This document shows positions 43,801 to 49,200 of a stretch of DNA of 64,000 nucleotides, piece after piece. Positions within the stretch are counted from its first letter, which is position 1, and the number at the start of each line of letters is the position of its first letter. The notes under the pieces are model-generated. The model did not search any database. It was not told where the DNA came from and saw nothing but the letters and a program-made list of their open reading frames with translations. Made by a program: the position numbers and the translations under genes. This DNA is from Acidobacteriota bacterium (GTDB taxonomy: Bacteria; Acidobacteriota; UBA6911; RPQK01; JAJDTT01), in the NCBI GenBank assembly GCA_965263035.1, contig OZ253580.1, positions 5,536,001 to 5,600,000 of the forward strand, in the 5' to 3' direction.

Positions 43801-45733
43801 TCGAGACTTGGCCGCGTGTCCTGGCCTCGTCGGCGGGCCGGATCGTTCGGATCGCGTCCAGCGCGGCAAGCATCTCCACAGTGCGCAGTGGAAGTTGTGC
43901 CCGGATAGCCTGGTACTTCGGTACGCTGCTGATGACCGTGCCTCCCAGCTCCCGGATACGGGTCAGGACGGCCGGCGTGACGGCGGCCCGGATGTCCACC
44001 ATCACCCGTTCTTCTTTGCCTTCCGGATCCGTCGCTTCGAGACTGTCGATTCCGGCCGCTGTTGGCTTCGGCCGCGGTTTTCGGCGGGCATCCAGAAGCT
44101 GCGAACTCACCTTCCGCTGGGCAGGCGTCCGGCGAACCTTGGCCGATAGCAGGGACTGGATCTGGCGCACGGCCCTCGCCGGCAGTCGGCCGCTTGCCTG
44201 CTTCGTCTCCTCGCCGGTCCGGTTCGTCACCGCCTGATTGGTGAACGCGATGGACTCGTTGCCCGCAGGGTCCCGGATCGGCTGCGCCGCCCCTTGTGCG
44301 GTGGCGGTGTAGCTCACCGTCACCGTGTCGCCCTGAACGACCGGGGAGGCCAACGCCAGCGCCACGGCGTTCCCCGTCACCGCGACCGTCGTGACGTCTC
44401 TCCTTTCGTCCGCCACACTCACACGGAAGTCTTCTGCCGACGGCGTCGAAGATCCGTCGAGCATCTCGTCGTAATTCAGCGTCAGCGTGGAGCCGCTCAC
44501 CGCCGCCGCATCGCTGTCCACGAGAGAAGGATTAACGCCGTCCACCCTCTGGCCGGATTGGTCCGGAAGTCCCGCATGGTTCAGCTCAGCGGCATGGTCC
44601 GAACCGTCCTCAATCACTCCGAGTTCCGCCGAAAGGCTGTCCGCCTCAACGCTCAACCCGTCGGTGTCTTCATCGTCCTCAGCCACGGTGTAGGAGAACA
44701 CCAGCGCCGTCGTGCCGGTGCCGCCGGAGTAGATCGCGCTCCTGGTGAGGCTCCCCACCCTCAGTCCCAACTGGGGTGTCCCGGTCACGTTCACGACTTC
44801 ACTGAAGGTCACCGTCGCCTCGATCGCGTCGCCGATTCCGTAGGTCTCCCGGCCCTCCGGAGGATTCGAGCTGATCTCGATCTTGTGCACCGAGGGCCCC
44901 GTCGCAACGTTCAACGGCATCGGCCCGGGCTCGAGTCCTCCGCCGGTGACTGCCGCGCGGAGTTCTTCCAGCGAGGTGTTGTGGAACCCACCGGCCGACT
45001 CCAGGGTCAGGGCCACCATCGCCGCCACCTGCGGAGGGGGCGCCGAACTGACGCAGAAGGTCGCGAAATCCGGATTGGCCGCAGTCACGCACGTCGCCCC
45101 GGAGAGGCCGGCGGTCGGCCCTGCCGCCATCGGCGGCCATTGGTCCGGAGCGGTTTCGGCTCCCCAGACCCTGGACTTGACTGGGTTGCCCTTCGCAGAG
45201 ACGTAGACGCAACCATTACGGACCGCCGCTTTGACCGCTTGGGCCATGAGGCCGCCCTGATAGATCGTCTCTTGATAGTCGAAGAGGTCGTCGACGATGA
45301 CGTCCGCCCCGGTTCGGCAGAGCGCCTCGATGTTGGCCGCGAACCGCGCCGGCCCGCCCAGACCGGTCGCGAAGTAGAGCTCGCCGCCCGGAGCCAGGTC
45401 GCGGAGGATCGAAAGGGTCGCCGTCCCGTCGTCCCCTTCTCCCGCCTGGCCCGGCAGCACCGTCACCCGATCCCGAAGATCGCCCGCTGCCTCACCGGTG
45501 ATCAGCGTCGCCACACCACTTGAGAGCACGCCGATCCCGACACCCGTGCCGTCGACACCGTGACTCCGGCGCATCGCTGCGGCTTGCCGGTCGGCCCGCT
45601 TCTGTATTCCACCTCCAGCGGCGACCGCCGGCTGCTCGGCCCGGATCGGCTCGATCAACAGAGAGATCGCCGCCAACACCCCGAATCCACCAAGGGCCCA
45701 TGACGGGTTTCCTGACCAGCGTGGCTGCCTCAT
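25829..45733 (-). CDS. Giant (6634 aa) secreted/surface protein: degenerate and intact S8/S53-like protease domains, 3 GLUG-rich modules, Fn3, Calx-beta/Ig-like, cadherin and SwmB-like repeats, polyproline linker, two C-terminal domains
   Basis: Signal peptide; GIGVISDG..DEGTALLEIVHDLAPGA..GTSSAAPH; VGGLVG repeats; KDYESPDDANRDGDYEI cadherin motif; TLTLAYSEALD..V.V.Y....NPIQD.AGN repeats. Confidence 0.85.
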   Translation of the reverse strand: MRQPRWSGNPSWALGGFGVLAAISLLIEPIRAEQPAVAAGGGIQKRADRQAAAMRRSHGVDGTGVGIGVLSSGVATLITGEAAGDLRDRVTVLPGQAGEGDDGTATLSILRDLAPGGELYFATGLGGPARFAANIEALCRTGADVIVDDLFDYQETIYQGGLMAQAVKAAVRNGCVYVSAKGNPVKSRVWGAETAPDQWPPMAAGPTAGLSGATCVTAANPDFATFCVSSAPPPQVAAMVALTLESAGGFHNTSLEELRAAVTGGGLEPGPMPLNVATGPSVHKIEISSNPPEGRETYGIGDAIEATVTFSEVVNVTGTPQLGLRVGSLTRSAIYSGGTGTTALVFSYTVAEDDEDTDGLSVEADSLSAELGVIEDGSDHAAELNHAGLPDQSGQRVDGVNPSLVDSDAAAVSGSTLTLNYDEMLDGSSTPSAEDFRVSVADERRDVTTVAVTGNAVALALASPVVQGDTVTVSYTATAQGAAQPIRDPAGNESIAFTNQAVTNRTGEETKQASGRLPARAVRQIQSLLSAKVRRTPAQRKVSSQLLDARRKPRPKPTAAGIDSLEATDPEGKEERVMVDIRAAVTPAVLTRIRELGGTVISSVPKYQAIRAQLPLRTVEMLAALDAIRTIRPADEARTRGQVSTLSPTSRTRIADAPVTKKDNTSEGDVAHRAIRTRAIHRVDGTGIGIGVISDGVRTLAGRQATDDLPARVTVLPGQAGSGDEGTALLEIVHDLAPGAELYFATGYGGQAQMAANIEALCEAGANVIVDDIGYTNEAAFQDDIVAKGVNAAVAGGCYFFSAGGNDGNLTDGTTGVWEGDYDAGTALIVDGETLGVRHDFGGGVEANEVSGSGFSGVRTIVLQWADPLGASSSDYDLFLVDEDGDVVASSTDIQDGTQDPVESILSPFFNFSGLTVVVVKTSGSDRYLRVHAFDGRLAIQTAGNLYGHSAAENAVSVAMVDVRDAAGSGQVFNGTESVRTSNSDGPRRIFFQPDGTAITAGNFSSTGGKLLQKPDLTAATCVSTATPGFSTFCGTSSAAPHAAAIGALMLEAAGGPGQVTPAQLRTGMTTGTAVLDIETTGVDRDSGAGIVMAPGAVDAVDVAVADRNGAPTVASAQSNRTFAPGDDAVDIALEDVFDDPDNNTLTYEAISSDPDRLTITLSSAEVTMTPGSPGRVMVRLRAIDPDGLSATDSFSVTVTAGNRDYDSDNDGLIDVANLAQLDALRYDLNGDGLVDGAIWMPYYTAYPMGALGMGCPSDDGCTGYELTANLDFDTDDDGDIDSDDDYWNGGDGWEPIGEADTPFIADFKGNRRTVSNLFIDRDTEDGVGLFGAIDRSRITGVSLIGAYVTGRDAVGSLLGDGVYGSVVDNHARGQVSGEDEVGGLVGRTWGTVWHSSAAVNVSGNDAVGGLVGHQILNDTIASYATGNVEGMDAVGGLVGAVSDVAQLIEASYASGNVSGRGSRLTDSDSGFIICDLLGAFTLSGPAETTTSTGGGVGGLVGSSCGYVQVSYATGAVSGTAAVGGLVGSGRFVKVQSSYWDLETSGVRVGVGQDDSNDNGVIDGTERLRLGVGGKTTAELRTPTDYTGIYDTWNVELGSFSSGDDEHDDPWDFGTTAQYPVLSLDLNDDSQATWEEFGYQVRDSLTLTAATTASQAQVVLGWNAISIPSSWSPAPDVSYTLYRDDGTSIEVIATNLTGLSHTDTDVTIGDDYTYWVAAVVDGGEAARSAPVAVIAGAGNQPPLAVGIIADRQLTVGSMAVVVDVAEAFQDPDNDTLTYGASSSLTSVATLSRSGSVVTITPVAAGRTIVTVTATDDGGSNMSVSQRFRVTVGHDYDADGDGLIGVSNLAQLDAMRYDRDGNGYAGTVAAYAAAFPSALDRMCGGVDGCSGYELLADLDFDTDGDGAVDSDDDYWNDGDGWEPIGWDSRGFSYFFNTTFEGNGHTLSNLFTAGRGFSGLFGRIGLGGAVDDLTLADVNVSGTGAAGALVGENQGLLSGIQSSGHVSGELHVGGLVGLNLRLVYLSSSSAAVTRMRPPFPPGVNIIVTFGAPSAAGGLVGYNTGYVVYSYATGPVTSDSSAGGLVGYHQFKLIAASYATGPVSGPTSGGLVGTIATPFDEATISASYATGSVDGSNAGGLVGHVYREGTITASYATGRVVDGRNNGGLVGDDDGGTITNSYWDTLTSGQGSGSPGSGRTTSQLQSPTGYSGIYGSWNVDIDEDHVNDNLWNFGTSSQYPALRADVDGDDDATWEEFGYQLRSGPTLTATATTNAGQSQVELEWTEAPLNSEWTPAPSVSYTVTREEEDDTIEAIAENLSVREYTDTDVAAETYIYQVVAVVDGGEAVRSTTVSVTVAGNKRPEAVGTLRWRWLLVGDSAMTEVGGAFQDPEGDTIAYAVSSSDTTVARVTLSGTRVTIIPVAEGRTTITVTATDEGSNRSRTQQFRVTVLPTTTVDYDTDDDGLIEISNLAQLDAVRYDLTGFGYFSTAYTDAFPNGGSSLACGGLVGCVGYELNADLDFDTDRDGDVDSDDDYWKDGAGWEPIGDSSRSFSSFAAIFEGNGRTIANLFIDSSENELGLFGATRSSAVIRNLEMVSVQVTGTDNVGGLVGSNSGAVSGSFATGTVSGDDDVGGLAGANLDDGSVSASYSTVHVTGDDRIGGLAGSNSGEVRAAYATGRIVGDYEAGGLIGRNTGDVDISYATGLVSGRSTIGGLVGRNTGGGAITASYWDSDTSGRTSGSNGQAKTTAELQLPTSAGDIYLTWNVDLNGDGMNDDPWDFGTSGQYPVLSVDTNGGGGATWQEFGHQVRAGPNLMATPTVGQVTLTWSAISGGTYNLYRTAGTTVEILAENTGNRTYVDTDVTAGATYVYQVAAVINGGEGSRSPRVSVAVPMPGAMPTVMFELSPAFISENSGSAMVMATLSHTSSETTTVTVSAMAVSPAVPGDFMLSANQTLTITAGQATSTGTVAITARNNNVDAPNKMVRVSGSASNSQGVTDPADVTLTIVDDEPAPTVTLELSPTSISENGGSTTVTARLNRASSVATTVTVSATAVSPAVSRDFTLSANRTLTITAGQTASTGTVSISAKNNDADTPNKTVRVSGLARNSQGVMGPADVNLTITDDDPAPTVTLELSPTSIGENRGSTTVRAKLDRVSSETTTVAVSAMATSPAVSGDFMLSANQTLTITAGRTTSTGTVTIRANNNDVDAPDKTVRVSGTASNNQGVTDPADVTLTITDDDTAPTVTLELSADSISENGRSTTVTARLDRASSVATTVTVSATAVSPAVSRDFTLSANRTLTITAGRTASTGTVSISANDNDVDTPNKTVRVSGSASNNQGVTDPADVTLTITDDDTAPTVTLELSADSISENGGSTTVTARLDRASSVATTVTVSATAVSPAVSRDFTLSANRTLTITAGQTASTGTVSISANDNDVDTPNKTVRVSGSASNSQGVIDPDDVTLTITDEDGAPTVTLQLSPTFIGENRGSTTVRAKLNRSSSVVTTVTVSATAVSPTVEGDFMLSANQTLTITAGRTTSTGTVTIRANNNEVDAPDKTVRVSGSASNSQGVTDPDDVTLTITDEDTAPTVTLELSPASISENSGSTTVTAELNRASSETTTVTVSATAVSPAMSGDFTLSGNQTLTITAGRTTSTGTVTIRANNNDVDAPGKTVRVSGSANNSQGVTDPSDVTLTITDDDAAPVMTLEVSPAVIAEAAGSSTVTVRITNGVTFAEAQEIRLSFSGTAEKDTDYTVDSERLNLMAGDDSVTTPVTAVNDRLIDVDETVLITATHNRNAVGTQQTITITDDDAAPVITTDSPLLVAENETEVATLAARDEDGAVADLEWEIAGGADGSKFTLTSDGELAFKTAKDYESPDDANRDGDYEIRVRVTDGFNPVEADFIVRLQDVDDTAPTFSSAVANGATLTLAYSEALDESSMPPNDAFTVTGGNQTRTVTGVRVSGSAVELTLAPPVEHGETGLRVTYTVPTEMGESPIQDTAGNDADSLSNRQVTNQTGDMTGPAVEMVRITSNAESDQTYAAGETIEVTVTFDETVVVTGTPRLILNVGGGDRTAEYQSVTGAAVRFGYAVGVGDNDPDGVSIEANRLSRGTGSIRDGASNNAILDHAAVGDDSEHKVDGVAPGLAPMDRATMNGSTLTLTYDEPLNGSSRPAPSAYTVTGGNATRTVTGVQVSGSAVELTVNPAAEHEETGIRVSYQPGSNPIQDVAGNDAGAFTDQGVDNRTPDTTAPALEEIELSSNPGTDQTYAAGDAIEVTVRYDEPVRVVTTQGTPTLDLTVGNRRKAARAGAGPESATVVFVYTVEKGDLDPDGVSIAADRIDLNGGRIEDSAGNLAARSYEALPAQAGHRVDGVEPERESVTVHESRVTLTYDEALDEGSVPLGSDFTVAVAGNDRAVIQVQVSGKKVTLRLASPVAAGEAVTVTYTPGFNPIQDKVGNGAAAFMEEPAEPAPTVTWLLTSYSISENGGSSTVTARLDRVSSEPTTVTVSATPVSPAVAEDFTVSTNQMLTIEAGQTRSTGTVTISANNNDVDAPDKTVQVSGTSTNDQGVTGPSGVTLTIRDDDGTPAVTLELSPDSIGENGESSTVTASLSRASGERTTVTVSATPVSPAAEEDFRLSTNRDLIILAGETDSIGTVTISANDNDVDAPDRTVRVSGRASNDHGVTGPSEKTLTVTDDDDEPVMTLEVGPSTMVEAAGTSTVTVRITNGVTFAADQEIRLSWAGTAAKDTDYTVGTERLTLTLGGSSVTTTLTAVEDELVENDEEILITATHNREAVGTQQTVTITDDDFAPEITTTPPLLVAENETEVETLAATDADGRVEDLEWELAGGADRSKFTLTSDGELAFKTAKDYESPDDANRDGDYEIRVQVTDGFNPVEADFIVRLQDVDDTAPAFSSAVVNGATLTLAYSEELDRFSVPPTGAFTVTGGNQTRTVTGVRVSGSAVELTLDPPVEHGETGLRVNYTVPTEMGESPIQDTAGNDADRLSNKSVTNNTGDTTGPAVEMVRITSNAGSDGTYAVEAPIEATVMFDETVVVTGTPQLTLNVGGRNRTAEYVSVAGSAVKFEYRVARGDRDRDGVSLEADSLSRGGGAIRDGARNNATLDHAAVAADSSHKVDGIPPALALPDGAVATGTTLTLAYSEPLNSSSRPAASAFSVTGGSETRTVTRVQVSGNAVFLTLSPAVQDTESGLRLSYQPGSNPIRDLVGNAADELNNQPVTNKTGDTTEPVVKTVRITSNAGSDQTYAVDDLIEVTVTFDETVVVTGTPRLTLNVGGRSRTANYQDVTGAAVRFEYKVVSGDAAPYGVRIEANRLSSGTIRDGAQNNAVLNHAPVAADSSHKVDGVKPVLATSDGTVVNGTTLTLAYGEPLDSSSRPSTDDFTVTGGSKTRTVRAVRVDGSAVFLTLSSAVTATESGLRLSYQPGSNPIRDLVGNAADELNNQPVTNKTGDTTEPVVETVRITSSAGSDRTYGVDETIEVTVTFDETVVVTGTPEVTLNVGGRNRTAEYQSVTNRAVKFTYRVVTDDVDEDGVSIEENRLSRARGTIRDGAGNDATLDHTAVAASSSHKVDAVAPALAVTDPAVVNGTTLTLTYNEPLNTSSRPATSDFTLAGGNETRTVTRVQVTESEVRLTVSPAAEYGETDIRVSYESRSNPIQDAIGNDAEAFRDEFVDNRTPDTTAPSIEGIEISSDPGTDETYAVDDMISVTVRYDETVTVDTVQGTPTLDLLVGNQRKRASASVGSARAAVVFVYTVEKGDEDEDGVSVPRGSIALNGGKILDLADNPAARSYEAVEAQANQKVDASVPGLQTVTVHGLRVALTYDEALDEDSRPARDDFAVTVEGNDRTVIQVQVRGNSVTLTLTSPVAAGETVRVSYTPRFDPIQDEVGNAVEALTDQRADPPLVTIEAKQGSETVTEGATVEFTLTRGPPTEAALTVSLEVTETGSMIKTSDGYEPPDEVEFRTGQDTATLEVLTDDDDVAESTSRVTARLRPGAEYRLGSASTQSARVTVLDNEVSAPPPPPPPPPPPPPPPPPPPPPPPPPPPPPAATVPTAPLNLQAEAGDGEVTLTWEVPESDGRSALTGYQVRIDRPGDWTSIGSTDLTYTVIGLTNGRTYVFEVRAVNEVGQSPPSSPVEATPMAEEVILEFAHFGNGYSGNDVLITSDLVLVNVAESEIRPAVYFFDREGDLFEAESVVDVGDDLEIREDGGLSPRTEIASLGELTISTHGRGEVVTGSVRVVSDGPIGGVVRFDIPGIGVAGVGASEPTGDALFPARRQAGGIRTAAAIHNLGMEAVDVQCRLMKNGAVLEERAIELDANGQDAQFIEELFTATDTTDFVGSVRCTVPRGESFTGVAVELDADNRIFTTLPVVPVDPGGGEEEETTLTFAHFANGTSGDGTLITSDLVLVNVAASTARPAIYFYDQRGELLEPESTVDVGEDLVVREDGGLTLRTAMARLGELTISTHGRGEVVTGSVRVVANGPIGGVLRFDIPGVGVAGVGASQATADALFPARRQAGGIRTAAAIRNLAAQRATVRCRLMSGGEALEEVDIHLNGQGQHARFIEEVFTRTDTRDFVGSVRCTAAGEGTFTGVAVELDTGNRIFTTLPVVPIQTTISQE
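27548..27637 (-). repeat. Polyproline-coding tract (~28 Pro) built of 18-bp units
   Basis: GGCGGCGGCGGAGGAGGA-like units on the + strand; a shorter, varied analogue lies at ~47990-48088. Confidence 0.9.
34620..37050 (-). repeat. About 7 tandem 348-bp (116-aa) Calx-beta/Ig-like repeats
   Basis: PTVTLELS..ISENGGSTTVTA..DVTLTITDDD recurs every 348 bp; neighbouring copies near-identical. Confidence 0.85.
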
Positions 45734-45799
45734 AATCCTGGGGTGAGGAAGAATCGGTGTCCTTACGGGGACTTCGATAAAGAGCGAGAAGGGATGGTC

Positions 45800-46186
45800 G
45801 CTCTTATCCGTCTATCTTTAGACTCCTGTTCGGCAGGGTGCTCCGAGCTGATGTGCGCTGTTTCTCGACATGATGAGTTCCGTGCAATAGACAATGTGTC
45901 AATTGTAAGGAGCAACCCGGACGAATTTGGAACCAATTCGTGAAGTCCGAGTGATATTTAGGTTGATATAGTGATGATTAAGTGAAATATGCTACCTGGA
46001 CCGCTCTCGCTGCCGGCTGCAGAGCGCGGAGCGAGGCGCACCCGGATCCTCCGCCGAAACGACGCCGGAGGGCGGGGCACCGGGTTTCGCTCCGGGGTCT
46101 GACGAGGTTGGGCCAATGAAGAAGTGGCGACGAATTGGTCCGGCGGGACGCAGCTCTTCGAGCACCTACGGGGGCTTCGGGGAACG
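45800..46186 (+). repeat. Duplicate of the 57280-57885 divergent regulatory region, carrying an internally deleted remnant of the sensor kinase start
   Basis: TCTTTAGACTC..GAGCTGATGTGCGCTG..CAATAGACAATGTGTCAATTGTA is shared; ATGAAG(A)AGTGGCGACGAATTG is joined to GTCCGGCGGGACGCAGCTCTTCGAGCACC. Confidence 0.9.
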
Positions 46187-46289
46187 CGGAAGCGGCCGGC
46201 GCACCTGTTTTGAAAGGACACGCGTGCCGCCGTTCGCAATCGACCGAGGGGTTCAGGGAGGGGATCGTCTTCCAACTACTCTCGGCGGG

Positions 46290-49200
46290 TCATCTTTGAA
46301 TCGGCACGACCGGCAGAGTGGTGAAGATCCGGTGGCCGGTATCCAACTCAACCGCGACTCCCGTGAACGTGCCTTCACCGGCCGCCGTGCATCTCACCGA
46401 CCCGACGAAGTCTCTGGTATCCGTCCTGGTGAAGACCTCTTCGATGAACCGGGCATGCTGCCCGTGGCTGTTGAGATGGATGTCCACCTCTTCGAGGGCT
46501 TCGCCCCCGCTCATCAACCGGCACCGCACCGTTGCGCGCTGCGCCGCCAGGTTGCGGATCGCCGCAGCGGTGCGAATCCCTCCCGCCTGCCGGCGGGCCG
46601 GGAACAGCGCGTCCGCCGTGGCTTGACTCGCGCCCACGCCGGCCACGCCGACGCCTGGGATGTCAAAGCGCAGCACGCCGCCGATAGGTCCGCTCGCCAC
46701 GACCCGCACCGATCCGGTCACCACCTCTCCCTGGCCGTGGGTCGAGATCGTCAACTCGCCCAGACGGGCCATGGCCGTTCGTACGGTCAGACTTCCGTCC
46801 TCTCGAACCACCAGATCCTCCCCCACATCCACCATCGATTCCGGCTCCAGAAGTTCGCCGCGCTGATCGTAAAAGTAGATGGCCGGCCGGGCCGTTGACG
46901 CCGCCACGTTCACCAGCACCAGGTCCGACGTAATCAAGGTCCCGTCGCCGGAAGTGCCATTGGCGAAGTGCGCGAAAGTCAGGGTCGTTTCTTCCTCTTC
47001 GCCACCCCCAGGATCCACCGGCACCACCGGCAGGGTGGTGAAGATCCGGTTGTCCGCATCCAGCTCCACCGCCACGCCCGTGAACGACTCGCCATGCGGG
47101 ACCGTACAGCGCACCGAACCGACGAAGTCCGTGGTGTCGGTCGCGGTGAACAGTTCCTCGATGAACTGGGCGTCCTGACCGTTGGCGTCCAGTTCGATCG
47201 CTCTTTCTTCCAGGACGGCGCCGTTTTTCATCAACCGGCACTGGACGTCGACGGCCTCCATTCCCAAGTTGTGGATGGCCGCTGCGGTGCGGATCCCGCC
47301 GGCCTGCCGACGGGCCGGGAACAGGGCGTCCGCGGTGGGTTCGCTGGCTCCGACGCCGGCGACTCCGATCCCGGGGATGTCGAAGCGCACCACGCCGCCG
47401 ATGGGACCGTCCGACACGACCCGCACCGACCCCGTCACCACTTCGCCCCGGCCGTGGGTCGAGATCGTCAGCTCGCCCAGCGACACTATCTTTGTCCTGG
47501 GCGACAGCCCTCCGTCCTCCCGGATCTCCAGATCGTCTCCGACGTCGATGACCGATTCGACCGCCAACAGATCTCCCTCCCGGTCGAAGAAGTAGATGAC
47601 GGGACGGATCTCCTCTTCGGCCACGTTCACCAGCACCAGGTCTGAGGTGATGAGCACGTCATTGGCGGAGACGCCATTTCCGAAATGGGCGAACTCCAGG
47701 ATCACCTCCTCAGGCACGGGCGAAGCCTCGGCCGGGCCGGAGGGAGGACTCTCGCCGACCTCGTTCACCGCCCGGACTTCGAAGACGTAGGTCCGGCCGT
47801 TGCTGAGATCTGTCACCGTCACCGTCAGGTCGGTGGAGCCGATGGAGGTCCACTCCCCGGTCCGGTCGATCCGGACCTCGTAGTCGGTGAGGGCGGAACG
47901 GCCGTCGCTCTCGGGCGCCTCCCAGGAGAGGGTCACCTCCGCGTCGCCGGCTTCCGCCTGCAGGTTCAAGGGCGCCGTGGGCGCGGTTGGAGGAGGCGCG
48001 GGCGGCGGAGCCGGTCCTGGGCCGGGCCCCGGCGGCGGCGGAGGAGGCGGCGGAGGAGGAGGAGGAGGTGGCGGAGGCGGAGGCGGGGCCGAGACTTCGT
48101 TGTCCTCGACCGTCACCCGGGCGCTCTGGGTCGAAGTGGGTCCCAGCCGGTACTCGTCTCCCGGCTGCAGCCGGGCGGTGACCCGGCTGGTGGATTCGGC
48201 GACGTCGTCATCGTCGGTCAACACCTCCAACGTCGCCGTGTCCGGTCCGGAACTCCACCTCGTCCGGCGGTTCGTACCCGTCCGAGGTCTTGATCATCGA
48301 TCTCGTCTCCGTGACCTCCAGGCTCACCGTCAGCGCGGCCTCCGTCGGAGGCCCCCGCGTCAGGGTGAACTCCACGGTGGCGCCTTCCATGACCGTCTCG
48401 GATCCCTGCTTGGCCTGGATGGTGACCAGTGGCGGGTCCGCCCGTTGATCGGTCAACGCCTCCACCGCGTTCCCCACCTCGTCCTGGATCGGGTCGAACC
48501 CCGGCGTATAGCTCACTCTTACCGTCTCGCCCGCCGCCACCGGAGAGGTCAGCGTCAAGGTGACGCTGTTTCCTCTCACCTGGACCTGGATGACCGTCCG
48601 GTCATTCCCCTCCACCGTCACCGCGAAGTCGTCCCTGGCCGGCCTCGAGTCCTCATCCAACGCCTCGTCGTAGGTCAGCGCCACCCGCAAGCCATGCACC
48701 GTCACGCTCTGCAGTCCCGGCACGCTCGCGTCCACCTTTTGGTTCGCCTGCGCCTCCACCGCCTCGTAGCTCCGTGCCGCCGGGTTGTCCGCCAGATCCA
48801 GGATCTTCCCCCCATTGAGCGCGATGCTCCCCCGCGGCACGCTCAGTCCATCCTCGTCCTCGTCCCCCTTCTCCACCGTGTAGACGAACACCACTGCGGC
48901 CCGCGCCGGCCCCACACTGGCGCTGGCCCGCTTCCGCCGGGTCCCCACCAGAAGATCCAACGTCGGCGTTCCGTGAATGGTGTCCACCGTCACTGGCTCG
49001 TCGTACGTCACCGTCACGGAGATCATGTCGTCGACCGCGTAGGTCTCGTCCGTCCCGGAGTCCGAGCTGATCTGGATCCCTTCGATCGATGGGGCCGTCG
49101 TGTCCGGCGTCCGGTTGTCTACGAACTCGTCCCTGAAGGCTTCGGCATCGTTGCCGATCGCGTCCTGGATCGGATTCGACCGCGACTCGTAGCCCACCCG

